From NCBI GenBank assembly GCA_965223265.1, contig OZ244999.1, forward strand, positions 5,019,386 through 5,083,385: a stretch of 64,000 nt of DNA. The letters run 5' to 3'. Below are positions 37,847 to 48,091 of the stretch, piece after piece; positions within the stretch are counted from its first letter, which is position 1; each line of letters begins with the position of its first letter. The translations under genes and the position numbers were made by a program. This DNA is from Planctomycetota bacterium. GTDB lineage: Bacteria > Planctomycetota > UBA8108 > SXIK01. The notes beneath the pieces are model-generated. The model did not search any database. It was given only the letters and a program-made list of their open reading frames with translations, and was not told the DNA's origin.

Positions 37847-38255
37847 TTTGCCGCGCGAACGCCACCGCACGCCCCGCTGCGGTGCCACCGACCGCCAGCG
37901 ATTGGCAACTCGACAGCGGGAATCGATCGTGCTTGGCACTCCGCGCCGGAGAGCGCAAGGGAGTTGATCCCCCACCAGGATTGTCGGGATACGAACAAGG
38001 TGTCAGGTCCAATAACTCGCGGGCCGGGGCGCGCGGAATGACCAAACTCGCGTTCGTGGGGCCTGGCGTCGGTGCGCACCTTTGTCGCAACCTATTAGCG
38101 ACCCAATGCCTACGATTTCAAAGGTATTCTTCCGCCGGTATCAGAAAGACGCCGATCAACGGCTCATTTCGCCGCCTCCAGGCTGGAGCGGCAAACTCCG
38201 CTAGCGGCGGCCTCTTTCCCTTCGGCTCGCGCGCTCCAACGGACGAAGAAACGGC

Positions 38256-39935
38256 ATGACTATGGTCTTGACGGCATCCTCTGAGCGATCGGCAAAGCGG
38301 CGATTCAACGTTGCTTCGGTAGCCGTAGCGTTAGCGGCCCTGTGGGCGACGCATGTTATCGGCCGTGGGAGCCCAGGCGCTGTCTGGTCGCAGTCCGTCT
38401 TGTCCACGGTCGTCATGACACTAGCGGGAGAGAGCTTGCGGAACGGTCTGTGGTCACTCATCGTCGAGCGCCGTGCCGTACGGGCGGGCATTCTGAGCGC
38501 CGCTTCGCTCCTCGCCTACGCCGCCGGGTGCCTGGCGGCGGTGTGCGGCGAGCTGGGCCTGTCCTTGCCGGCGGCGGCCGCCGCGGCACCGCATCTCCTG
38601 ACGGGGAGTGCGACCGCGATCGGCGCGCACCACCTGGCTCGCGAATTCGACCCGGCGCCGCTGACTCCGGCGCCGCGGGCGGTGACGATCGCAGTGACGA
38701 CGGCGCTGCTCTCATGCGTCGCTGCGGCCTGGTTCATGGCTGGCCCAGAGACCGCCCCGGCTGCCCTCTTGTTGGTCCTTGGAGTCGTCGCTGCCACGCC
38801 CTGCTGGCTCACGACGGCTGAGCCGCCAGCCTCAAGCGACGCGGCAGACCACAACCTGGCTGACATCAACTCGGTCGTGCTTGAGAAGAGCGAAGTGGTC
38901 ACAAGTGGGCACTGCGAAATCGAAGCCATCCTTCCGATTGCCCCTGAGGCCACAGATGAAGAGGTCGTCCACCTGGCGGCGGTGTCTGAATACGTGCTAC
39001 CGCCCCACCCTATTCGCGACGCGATTCTTCGCCACACTCAGGGTGGCTTTACTGTACCGTCGATCAAGAAGCACCAACATTCACCGGGCCGCGGCGTGGC
39101 AGCACAGCTCGCCGGCAAGGATCTTCGCTTCGGCAACGTCGAGTGGATGCGTGAGAGTGGATGGTCCGACGACGAACTCACGCAAGCACTTGAGATCACC
39201 CGCGATCAATACGAAAAGGGACGCTCGGTGCTGTATGTCGGATTCCGCGGCAAAATCGTCGGTGCCGTGTGCCTTCGCGAGGAGCTGCGCCCGGGAATCG
39301 AGGAGTTCGTCGCAACGCTGCAGGCGATCGGCGTCGAAGTCGGCATCACGAGCGGAGACAGCCCTACCACAGTCGCCGCGTTGCTCCCGGAGTTTCGCGA
39401 CATACGCGTCTTCGCTGGACTTCACCCCGACGGTCGTTTAGACGCTCTCAAGGAGTTGGCACGTCAGCGGAAAGACGTCGCCCTCATCGCGAAACAGAAC
39501 TCGCCGATCAGCCGACGTGCGACTGAGATTGGGGCCGTCTTCGAACTACGCCAAAACGGCGACGTCTACCGGTTGAAGCGCGCCTCGTCGCCCCCGCAGC
39601 GCTGCGGAAAGAATCTAGCGCATGTTGCAACTCTGCTGCAAGATGCGAAGCGAGAACGCGACCGCAAACGACGCCGGCGCGTCTTCGCGGCAGCCCACAA
39701 CTTCGTCATCGTCCCAGGAGCCTTCGGTGCCGCCGCCGCACTGCTCGGAAGTTGGTCATGGCCACTCGTCGGTAGCTTGCTTGGAGTCGGCTCAGCGGCT
39801 GTAATGCATAGGGTGCACGCCCAGACCGCGACGCCAGGCGATCAGCAAAAACCCCCGGAGATGACGACACGCGAGGCCCCGCAGGCCGACTCGCTGAAGC
39901 TCGAAGCGTACAGCGAACCGATCGGACCGCGTTGA
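38256..39935 (+). CDS. Membrane protein with a degenerate P-type-ATPase-like (HAD-fold) C-terminal region. No DKTGT phosphorylation motif recognisable.
   Basis: Four or five N-terminal transmembrane helices. C-terminal segments resemble P1B-ATPase P-domain pieces (GITSGDSPTTVAALLPEF similar to MLTGDN..A.A.A..L; VALIAKQNSP in the position of VAMVGDGINDAP), but the catalytic Asp residues are substituted. Confidence 0.4.
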   Translation: MTMVLTASSERSAKRRFNVASVAVALAALWATHVIGRGSPGAVWSQSVLSTVVMTLAGESLRNGLWSLIVERRAVRAGILSAASLLAYAAGCLAAVCGELGLSLPAAAAAAPHLLTGSATAIGAHHLAREFDPAPLTPAPRAVTIAVTTALLSCVAAAWFMAGPETAPAALLLVLGVVAATPCWLTTAEPPASSDAADHNLADINSVVLEKSEVVTSGHCEIEAILPIAPEATDEEVVHLAAVSEYVLPPHPIRDAILRHTQGGFTVPSIKKHQHSPGRGVAAQLAGKDLRFGNVEWMRESGWSDDELTQALEITRDQYEKGRSVLYVGFRGKIVGAVCLREELRPGIEEFVATLQAIGVEVGITSGDSPTTVAALLPEFRDIRVFAGLHPDGRLDALKELARQRKDVALIAKQNSPISRRATEIGAVFELRQNGDVYRLKRASSPPQRCGKNLAHVATLLQDAKRERDRKRRRRVFAAAHNFVIVPGAFGAAAALLGSWSWPLVGSLLGVGSAAVMHRVHAQTATPGDQQKPPEMTTREAPQADSLKLEAYSEPIGPR

Positions 39936-39968
39936 GAGCGACTCGAGCCCCCAACACTTGCACCGAGA

Positions 39969-41201
39969 GTGATGACCGAATCCTCCCCTCCTGACAGTCA
40001 CGCCGACTTCATTCGCCTCAGCGGCCGCCTCGACCGCCTGCCGGCATACATGTTCGGTCAGATCAATGCTCTCAAGTTGAAACTGCGTCGCTCCCAAGTC
40101 GATATCATCGACATGGCGATGGGCAACCCAACGGATGCCACGCCACAGTTGATCATCGACAAACTCTGCGAGGTCGTCCGCGACCCGCGCAACCATCGGT
40201 ACTCGACGGCGGGGGGCATCGACAATCTGCGACGCGAAGTGGCAAAGTACTACCGCTCGCAGTGGAGCGTGGATCTCGACCCGGAAAGCCAAGTGATCGC
40301 GACGATCGGGTCCAAGGAAGGGTTCAGCCACCTTTGCCTTGCCCTCCTCGGTCCGGGGGATACAGCACTCGTGCCGAGCCCAGCATTCCCGATTCACTCC
40401 AATGCGGTCGTGCTGGCCGGAGCGAGCTACATCGCACTCTCAGTCGTCGACGATGAGCAACTGCTCAGAAGCGTGAGCGACACCTGCGGCACGCTCAGAC
40501 CGAAGCCAAAGGTCTTGTTCCTCAACTACCCGCACAACCCCACCGGCCACACCGTTGAAGCCGACTTCTTTAAGGAAATCGTCCGCATCGCGAAAGCGCA
40601 CGAGCTGATCGTGGTTCACGACTTTGCGTACGGTCAGCTGTGCTTCGACGACTACCGGGCCCCAAGCTTTCTGGAGACACCCGGGGCGGTTGACGTCGGA
40701 GTCGAGTTCATCACGATGTCGAAGGCGTTTAACATGGCAGGCTGGCGCATCGGATTCTGCGCCGGTAACAAAAAGATCATCGGCGGCCTCGCCGCCATCA
40801 AGGGGTACTACGACTACGGCATCTTCCAGGCTATCCAGATCGCGTCGATCATCGGCCTCCGCCACTGCGCAGACTTCGCCCGCCAGCAGGCAGAAAAGTA
40901 CGCACGGCGCCGCGACGCGCTGGTGACGGCACTCAGACGCATGGGCTGGGAGGGTGTGAAGAATCCGCGCGCAGGGATGTTCGTTTGGTCCGCGATTCCG
41001 AAACCCTTTGGCGAGCGGGGCTCGCTCGAGCTGTCGCGCTACCTCATGGAGGAGGCCCGCGTGGCGGTTTCGCCTGGGATCGGGTTCGGCCCCGATGGCG
41101 AAGGGCACGTCCGGCTGGCGCTGATCGAAAACCGCCAGCGACTTCTGCAAGGCGCGCGTCAGATGAAGCGCGCGCTGCAAAAGTGGAATGCGCCCGCGTA
41201 G
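39969..41201 (+). CDS. Class I/II PLP-dependent aminotransferase (alanine/aspartate/LL-DAP aminotransferase-like)
   Basis: NYPHNPTG motif and PLP lysine region FITMSKAFNMAGWRIGF; about 400 aa. Confidence 0.85.
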   Translation: MMTESSPPDSHADFIRLSGRLDRLPAYMFGQINALKLKLRRSQVDIIDMAMGNPTDATPQLIIDKLCEVVRDPRNHRYSTAGGIDNLRREVAKYYRSQWSVDLDPESQVIATIGSKEGFSHLCLALLGPGDTALVPSPAFPIHSNAVVLAGASYIALSVVDDEQLLRSVSDTCGTLRPKPKVLFLNYPHNPTGHTVEADFFKEIVRIAKAHELIVVHDFAYGQLCFDDYRAPSFLETPGAVDVGVEFITMSKAFNMAGWRIGFCAGNKKIIGGLAAIKGYYDYGIFQAIQIASIIGLRHCADFARQQAEKYARRRDALVTALRRMGWEGVKNPRAGMFVWSAIPKPFGERGSLELSRYLMEEARVAVSPGIGFGPDGEGHVRLALIENRQRLLQGARQMKRALQKWNAPA

Positions 41202-41588
41202 CCACAGGCCAAGCCGCAAACCACGGCGAGGCCAAGGCCTGCAGCCGCTCCTCGCGAGGCCGGCGACGGCCGCCGCAACCGCGACTCCCAGCCGGATGGT
41301 GAGTGCAGGTTGAATTTCCCCCCCGCGAGACGCTAAGATTAGGCCTTTCTTCGGCGAGACCCTCGCAACACTTAGGCCCACATCCGTGGCACAAGTCCGG
41401 AGCGCGGTCTGACGCGAATACGCGTCGTGCACGCTGCACGAAGAGTCGGCGGCGCTGTCGGTCGAAGAGGAACACTCCCATCAATGGTCATGGGAGGCTC
41501 GTACCGGTAGTCTCCGCTTCGCCTCGGGCACGGAAAGCACTACACAGTTCAACAGTTCGGATCCGCTACAGCAAAGCAAAGGAGAACA

Positions 41589-42719
41589 ATGGCAGCTGAC
41601 AGTTCGCAAGAGGTCCGCGAGGGACTCGTTGGTGTCGTTTCGAATCGTTCATCCGTCTCTTCAATCATCGGTACGACGCTGACGTATCGCGGGATCAACA
41701 TCGACGATCTGACAGAGAATGGGACGTTTTCCGAAATCGTCTATCTTCTCTGGAACTCGAAGCTGCCGAATCAGAAGGAGCTCGACGATCTACGCTCGGC
41801 GTTGTGCAAGTCGTTCACGCTTCCAGAGGCGGCGCTCGTCTACCTGCGGGCGATTCCGCGCGATGCAGACCCGATGCGCGTCCTCCAGGGGGGGATGTCG
41901 ATTCTCGGAATGTACGACGCGGATGCAGATTCGAACGACGACGCAGCAAACAGACGCAAGGCCATCCGGATCACGGCGCAGCTCACAGCTCTCACCTGCG
42001 CGTATCACCGCATCCGCACTGGCAACGAACCAGTGGAGTCGGATGCCTCGCTCTCCTTCGCGGGCAACTTCTTCTACCTCCTCAACGGACGCAAGCCGGA
42101 TGCGATCGAGGTCGAAGCCATCGACAAAGCGCTCATCCTGCACGCCGATCACGAACTCAACGCCTCAACGTTTTCAGCGCGGGTGACGGCGAGCACGCTG
42201 TCAGACATGCACTCGTCGTTGGCGTCGGCAATCGGCACCCTGAAGGGACCGCTCCATGGTGGCGCGAATCGGGCGGTCATGGAATCCCTACAGGAAATCG
42301 GCTCGATCGAGAATGTTGAGCCGTGGCTCGAAAAGAAGATCGCCAACAAAGAGAAAATCATGGGATTCGGCCATCGCGTCTACAAAGAAGGGGACCCGCG
42401 GGCGAAGCACTTGAAGCTGATGTCCAAGAAGCTCGGTGAGCTCACCGGGCAGCCCCATTGGTACGAGATGTCGAACCGGCTCGAAGAGCTGTTCACGAGC
42501 AAGAAGCCTTTTCCGCCGAACGTCGACTTCTACAGCGCGTCGACCTACTACTGTCTGGGACTGCCAGCCGACCTGTACACACCGATCTTCGCGTGTAGTC
42601 GAGTGGCGGGGTGGATCGCGCACCTCTTCGAGCAGTACGCAGAGAACGCGCTCATCCGTCCACGCGCGCTCTACACCGGCCCGCAGAAGGCAGAGTGGGT
42701 TCCCATCGAGAAACGTTGA
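41589..42719 (+). CDS. gltA: Citrate synthase (about 375-aa type; could be 2-methylcitrate synthase)
   Basis: LILHADHELNASTF, GPLHGGAN, MGFGHRVYKEGDPRA catalytic His/Asp motifs. Strong AAGGAG ribosome-binding site upstream. Confidence 0.9.
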   Translation: MAADSSQEVREGLVGVVSNRSSVSSIIGTTLTYRGINIDDLTENGTFSEIVYLLWNSKLPNQKELDDLRSALCKSFTLPEAALVYLRAIPRDADPMRVLQGGMSILGMYDADADSNDDAANRRKAIRITAQLTALTCAYHRIRTGNEPVESDASLSFAGNFFYLLNGRKPDAIEVEAIDKALILHADHELNASTFSARVTASTLSDMHSSLASAIGTLKGPLHGGANRAVMESLQEIGSIENVEPWLEKKIANKEKIMGFGHRVYKEGDPRAKHLKLMSKKLGELTGQPHWYEMSNRLEELFTSKKPFPPNVDFYSASTYYCLGLPADLYTPIFACSRVAGWIAHLFEQYAENALIRPRALYTGPQKAEWVPIEKR

Positions 42720-43158
42720 GCCCGGATGGAACGCGCTCGTCGCGGCGCGCCAGCCCCCCAACAGTGTGTTGACAGCACTTTGAAACACGCCGCGGGGAGC
42801 TGGTGGGCCCGCGGCGCTAAACTCGAGTTTGGCCATCTCGCGTCGAGCCTGCCAGCGCCAGGAGCGTCGAGGCCAAGGAGCGACTCGGGCACGATCCCGC
42901 TCGGGTCGTGGCGGAGGACGGGCGCGGGCATCGGCGCTCCTGGCGTTCCCCGAAGGGCCGGACAGGAGTTTTTGAACGTGCACAAGGGTTCTCAGGGTAC
43001 AAAAAAGTTGAAGGGCCTTTGAATCCCCGCGAAACTCGTCCGGCCAGGCCGGCGCGAAATGGCCAAACTCGAGATGAACGGGAAGTGAAGAATCAGCGTT
43101 TTTGAGCGGGCCTGCCCGCCCAGAATCGTCTGTAGGCGCTACAGGGGAGAAGACGGCC

Positions 43159-45210
43159 ATGGCGTTTTCGCCGCAGCCAGATGAACATCGTCGCTTGCTG
43201 TCGCGTCTCAACAGCGCTCAGCGCGAAGCGGTCTCAACGACCGAGGGACCGGTGCTGGTGCTGGCTGGTGCGGGCACCGGCAAGACGCGGGTGATCACCT
43301 ACCGCATCGCGCATCTCCTCAAACGCGGCACGCCCCCGAGATCGATCCTGGCGTTGACGTTCACCAACAAAGCGGCGAAGGAGATGCGCGAACGCATCTC
43401 CAAGCTTCTCGGCCAGCGCCCCAAGGGACTGGTTCTGTCAACGTTTCATTCGTTCGGCATGCGGATCTTGAAGAGTCACGCGGCAGCCCTCGGGTATCGC
43501 GCCAACTTCACGATCTACGACACAAGTGACCAGCTGGCTCTCTTGCGGACAGTGGCGAATGAAGTGCGTGGGACGGCGGCTTGTCCCGATCCGAAGACGA
43601 TCCTGCATGCCATCTCACGCGCGAAAAGCCAGTTCTTGCTCCCTGAGGACTACATGGATCAGGCGGACGACGACTGGAGCTTCTTCGTCGCGGTTGTCTA
43701 CAAGAAGTACCAAGAGCAACTGCAACTGCTCAACGCGACCGACTTTGACGACTTGATCTTGCTTCCGGTTCGCCTCCTAGAACGAAACGCCGAGATCCGA
43801 GACCGATATCGACACCAACTGCGCTACATCATGGTCGACGAGTATCAGGACACGAACTCGTCTCAGTACCGCATGCTCCAGGCACTCGTTAGCCCGGAGC
43901 AGAACATCTGTGTCGTCGGCGACGACGACCAGTCGATCTACGGATTCCGTGGTGCCGACCACCAAAAAATCCTCGGTTTCGCGCGAGACTTTAGGGGCGC
44001 CAGGACCGTGACGCTCGAAGAGAACTACCGCTCGACATCCTCGATCCTCGAGTTAGCCAACGCGGTCATCGCGTGCAACGTCGAACGTCACGCCAAGCGC
44101 CTGCAGAGCAAGCTTGGCGAAGGAGTGCCGGTACGCTGGGTCACCGTCGAAGACGAAGCGACTGAGGTGTCCTTCGTCGTCAGCGAGATCGACATTTTGC
44201 GGCGCGACCCGAGCACCAGCCAACAATCGATCGCCATCCTCATGCGCTCTTCGCAGCAGGGGCGTGCATTCGAGAGCGAGCTGCGCCTGCGCTCGATCCC
44301 GTACCGCGTCGTTGGCGGCCCATCCTATTTCGACCGCAAAGAGATCCGTGACATCCTCGCGTACTGGAAGGTGGCCTCCAACCCGGACGACGACGTATCC
44401 CTCCTTCGTATCATCAACACCCCGCGCCGTGGCTTCGGCAAAACCACGCTGAAGCAGCTGGACGAATTCTCACAGGAGCGACGTATCTCGCTGCGCCGCT
44501 CTCTGCCGCTGATCGCCTCCGGAGAGGGCGAGTTTGCCCCAAAGATCCGCACCGCGGCATCACACCTCGACGCACTCTTCGCCCAAGCGGAAAAGCAACT
44601 GGCGCGACGTGAGTTTCCACAGATGGCCCGACAACTCCTCGCCGACGCTTGTTATGACGAGGTTCTCAACAGCCTCTACACAGATCCACTCGTCAGACAA
44701 ACGCGCCAAAACGCGATCGAGGAACTTTTGGTCTCTCTCGAACGCTGGGCAGAAACGAATGCGATCGATGGCGATTTCGGCGACTTTCTCGCCGCCCTCA
44801 CTCTCGAGGAGCAGGACGCGTCAAAGGACGAAGCGCTCACACAAGGCCAAGTCGTACTCATGACGCTGCACAGCGCCAAAGGCTTGGAGTTTCCTTTCGT
44901 CTTCCTGGTTGGTGTCGAAGAAGACGTCTTACCGCACAAAAAGTCGGCGAGCGAAGGCGACCGCGCTATCGAAGAGGAACGCCGCCTCTTTTACGTCGGT
45001 ATCACACGTGCGCAGCGCCAACTCGTGCTGACGCAAGCTGCCTCACGAACGCTTTACGGTAAACACCAGGCGCGACGGCCATCACGTTTTCTCGAAGAGG
45101 TGCAGCACCTCAACTTGGTGACCCACGAAACTTTAGCGGCTGCCGAAGAAGTCCCGATCGACGAGCTCGGCGGCGTCAAAGACCTCTACCGCAAGCTCAC
45201 GCAGGAGTAG
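43159..45210 (+). CDS. uvrD: ATP-dependent DNA helicase, UvrD/PcrA/Rep family (SF1)
   Basis: Walker A AGAGTGKTRVITYRIAHLL; helicase motifs MVDEYQDTN, VVGDDDQSIYGFRGA, TLHSAKGLEFPFVFLVG, YVGITRAQ. Start at the ATG at 43159, which has a GGGGAGAAG ribosome-binding site; the track ORF starts at 43102. Confidence 0.9.
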   Translation: MAFSPQPDEHRRLLSRLNSAQREAVSTTEGPVLVLAGAGTGKTRVITYRIAHLLKRGTPPRSILALTFTNKAAKEMRERISKLLGQRPKGLVLSTFHSFGMRILKSHAAALGYRANFTIYDTSDQLALLRTVANEVRGTAACPDPKTILHAISRAKSQFLLPEDYMDQADDDWSFFVAVVYKKYQEQLQLLNATDFDDLILLPVRLLERNAEIRDRYRHQLRYIMVDEYQDTNSSQYRMLQALVSPEQNICVVGDDDQSIYGFRGADHQKILGFARDFRGARTVTLEENYRSTSSILELANAVIACNVERHAKRLQSKLGEGVPVRWVTVEDEATEVSFVVSEIDILRRDPSTSQQSIAILMRSSQQGRAFESELRLRSIPYRVVGGPSYFDRKEIRDILAYWKVASNPDDDVSLLRIINTPRRGFGKTTLKQLDEFSQERRISLRRSLPLIASGEGEFAPKIRTAASHLDALFAQAEKQLARREFPQMARQLLADACYDEVLNSLYTDPLVRQTRQNAIEELLVSLERWAETNAIDGDFGDFLAALTLEEQDASKDEALTQGQVVLMTLHSAKGLEFPFVFLVGVEEDVLPHKKSASEGDRAIEEERRLFYVGITRAQRQLVLTQAASRTLYGKHQARRPSRFLEEVQHLNLVTHETLAAAEEVPIDELGGVKDLYRKLTQE

Positions 45211-45538
45211 CCGAGCGCCTGCAAAACTGGCGAGCAAAAAACGGCGCAGAGAGCGTCCGCCGCGACGTCCCGAGACGCCGCGGCATGGAGAGCGTACGTC
45301 ACCGCGCGTGAGCATTGCCGACTCGGCTCAAACTCAGTCATGACGCGCCATTCGCAAAGACTTGTCGCACCAGCAGCAGCAAGAAGCCAACCGCAGACGG
45401 CGCGTCCCGGAACGCCCGGATCGAGCCAAGTCCGTAGATGCTCCATGAACTGCATGGCGAAGTGCGCTGGCGTTCTGCATGATGGCGGGTCGACTCACCA
45501 TTTCTGGTACCAACATGAATCGCTGGGAGAGTATCAAG

Positions 45539-46531
45539 ATGCAGATCATTCCTGACTCAGAAACCTCACTCGCACCGCTCGAGGGGCAGACGATCGCGAT
45601 CCTCGGATACGGCAACCAGGGCCGAGCGCAGGCGCTCAACCTCCGCGACAGCGGTCTCAAAGTCATCGTCGGCAACCGTGACGACGAATATCGTGCCCGC
45701 GCGGCGGGCGATGGTTTCGAGCCAATGGAGATCAAGGCGGCGGCGCGCGACGCGGATGTGATGCTGATCCTGACCACCGATGAATCGCAGCCTCAGGTGT
45801 GGACCGATGAGATCGAGCCAGGAGTGGAGGCCGGGAACCTGCTCGTCTGGGCAAGCGGCTACAACGTCGGGTACGAGCTGATCACGCCGGCGGCGGACGT
45901 CGACGTGGTCATGGTGGCGCCGCGCATGCCGGGTGACATGGTGCGAACTCTCTTCGAGCGCGGCAAGGGCACCGTCGCTCAGTTCGCGGTACAGCAGGAC
46001 GCCACTGGAGACGCTCGAGCACGCGCACTTGCGGTCAGCAAGGGAATCGGCGCCACGCGCGGAGGCGTCTTCGAATCGTCGTTTCGAGAGGAAGCCGAAC
46101 TCGACCTTTTCGCAGAGCAGGTCATTTGGGCTGGACTGACGGCGTGGATCGTTGAGTGCTTCTCAATCGGCGTCGAGAAAGGATTCTCGCCGCAGCTCAT
46201 GGTCATGGAATTGTATGCGTCGGGGGAAGCGAGTGAGATCCTCGGCCTCATGGGTCGCCGCGGTTTCTTTCGCCAAATGGCGCTGCACTCAACGACGAGC
46301 CAGTATGGAACGCTGTCGCGCGGCCCGACGTTGATCTCAGACGAGATGCGCACGAAGGCGCGAGAACTCTTTCAGCGGGACATCCGCGAGGGTGCCTTTG
46401 TCGACGAATGGAATCGAGAACAGGCGGCGGGATCTCAGCGCTTGTCGGAGCTGACAAAGAAAGCCCTCGCCCATCCGATGAGCGTTGCTGAGAAGACAGT
46501 CATCGATCTACTCCAACAGTCGCAGGCTTAG
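45539..46531 (+). CDS. ilvC: Ketol-acid reductoisomerase (class I)
   Basis: NADPH fold IAILGYGNQGRAQALNLRDSGLKV; the rest matches IlvC. Internal start at 45539 with a GGGAGAG ribosome-binding site; the track ORF starts at 45479. Confidence 0.9.
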   Translation: MQIIPDSETSLAPLEGQTIAILGYGNQGRAQALNLRDSGLKVIVGNRDDEYRARAAGDGFEPMEIKAAARDADVMLILTTDESQPQVWTDEIEPGVEAGNLLVWASGYNVGYELITPAADVDVVMVAPRMPGDMVRTLFERGKGTVAQFAVQQDATGDARARALAVSKGIGATRGGVFESSFREEAELDLFAEQVIWAGLTAWIVECFSIGVEKGFSPQLMVMELYASGEASEILGLMGRRGFFRQMALHSTTSQYGTLSRGPTLISDEMRTKARELFQRDIREGAFVDEWNREQAAGSQRLSELTKKALAHPMSVAEKTVIDLLQQSQA

Positions 46532-46628
46532 CCTCGAGCTAGCAGCCTGTTGAAGAAAGTCAATCAGCTGGGAGCCGCCCTAACTTTCGAGAGCTCGGAA
46601 CGAAACGCGGCGGGGGAGGCCCTGTTCT

Positions 46629-47651
46629 TCACTTTGCCCCGGTGGCCTCGTCCTGACGAACCCCTTGCAGCGCGACGGTAGCGTGCTGTGTGAACTCAGC
46701 ATAGCGCCCGCCAAGGTAGCTCAACTTGCCTTTGACGTCGATGACTGCCCAGTGCGGCGTGCGCGGAATCGCGTAGGCGCTCGCGATGTCGGAGTCGAAA
46801 CCTTCGGCGGCGTGAAACTGCGGCCAGCGAACCGCCCAGTCCGCAACACCCGTCTCAAAGGTTTCCGCCGATCGATCGAGATTCACCGCGAGAACGACGA
46901 TGCGGCCGCGCAGGTGGGGATACTCTTCCATAGTGCGAACCCGGCTGTCGGCGAGATCTTGGGCATTTGTTTTTTGCTGCTCATTCGCGGCGCGCCAAAA
47001 GCAGAGCAACACGACGTTTCCTCGGAGCTCGGCGACGGAGTAACGCTTCGATTTGCGGTCCAGGTCGAAGGTGAGGTTGAATTCCGGCGCCTGCTGGTCA
47101 CCTCGCGCGAGTTCGAGATAGCGAAAGTCCCGCGCGGCACGCTGCGACCATTCGCTCTGGGGATACGCGGTCGTCAATTGCTGCCAGTAGTCATACGCGC
47201 CGCGAAGCTCTCTGCCGGATCGCCGCGAGATCCGCGCGTAGTGGAGCCCGCGCAGGTACTGCTCCAGCCCGAGCACAAAGAGCGCCCGACTGCGCTGCTC
47301 GTCCGCTGGCGCGGCGACTGCGATCTCTTCGTAGAGGGCCTTCGAGCGCGCCCACTTGCCCGTGAGGCGGTGGAGCTCCGCCATCAACTCCCGCGCTTCG
47401 GAGGTAACCCCCGCAAGCTCAGGATGGCCGGCGCAGCGGAGGACGAACTCCTCCAAGTCCGCCGCCACACGGGCAGCGTTGAGTCGCACCGCGTATTCAT
47501 CCGGGTAGCGTTCACGCAGAGATTGGCGCAGCCGAGACCATTCCTCGGCAGTCGGTTTGGCGGCGGTGGAAGCGTTGTCGCCCGCTATCGCTGGCGCGAA
47601 GAGAAAAAGCAGACAAACAGTAGCCTGGAGGAAGAAACAACAGGTTCTCAC
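46629..47651 (-). CDS. Secreted thioredoxin-fold (TlpA/redoxin-like) protein lacking the second active-site Cys, with an N-terminal helical region
   Basis: C-terminal thioredoxin-like pattern (GNVVLLCFWRAANEQ where a WCxxC would be expected; ...VVLAVNLDRS...). Signal peptide RTCCFFLQATVCLLFLFAPAIAG. Probable GTG start at 47651 with a GAGG ribosome-binding site; the track ORF extends to 47921. Confidence 0.5.
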   Translation of the reverse strand: MRTCCFFLQATVCLLFLFAPAIAGDNASTAAKPTAEEWSRLRQSLRERYPDEYAVRLNAARVAADLEEFVLRCAGHPELAGVTSEARELMAELHRLTGKWARSKALYEEIAVAAPADEQRSRALFVLGLEQYLRGLHYARISRRSGRELRGAYDYWQQLTTAYPQSEWSQRAARDFRYLELARGDQQAPEFNLTFDLDRKSKRYSVAELRGNVVLLCFWRAANEQQKTNAQDLADSRVRTMEEYPHLRGRIVVLAVNLDRSAETFETGVADWAVRWPQFHAAEGFDSDIASAYAIPRTPHWAVIDVKGKLSYLGGRYAEFTQHATVALQGVRQDEATGAK

Positions 47652-47995
47652 TTTAACCTCATAGACGTGGGTCGGCTTGACTTCCGGCACCAAAAAAAAT
47701 GCAATTTTTCCCTTGACCTGAAACGAAAAGACTTGACACTCGTCCTTCGTGGCATACAATTTTTGAGCGAGAACGTTTGATTTGCCACGTGGAAAAAAGA
47801 CCGTGGGTTCACAGGTGGTTGTTCTCGGTGGTCCTCGGCCGTAGTGACGGTCGAAGCCCAACCGGGCCGCTTGAGACTCGCCGCTGAGAGAGCAGCTCGA
47901 ACGAAACGCTCGAACAATCATGCTCGACCGAACGTAAGAGACGGCCGCACGAAAGAAAACGATCCGAGCGGATCAATGATGCGCGGACCAACAGT

Positions 47996-48091
47996 GCGCA
48001 GATCATTCACGCGCAGATTATTCACGCGCAGATCATTGATCTGCAGAGTAACAGTGACGCGCAGATCATTGATCTGCAGAGTAACAGTGCA
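47996..48091. repeat. Tandem array of direct repeats sharing a GCGCAGATCATT core: two 15-bp units then two 33-bp units, each 33-bp unit containing the inverted repeat CAGATCA-T-TGATCTG
   Basis: gcgcagatcattcac / gcgcagattattcac / gcgcagatcattgatctgcagagtaacagtgac / gcgcagatcattgatctgcagagtaacagtgca, read directly from the sequence. Confidence 0.85.

Noticed and set aside
47996-48091. CRISPR array?
   Set aside because: Only four units of unequal length (15/15/33/33 bp), with no unique spacers between them and no cas genes. It is a tandem direct-repeat/operator-like array, not CRISPR.
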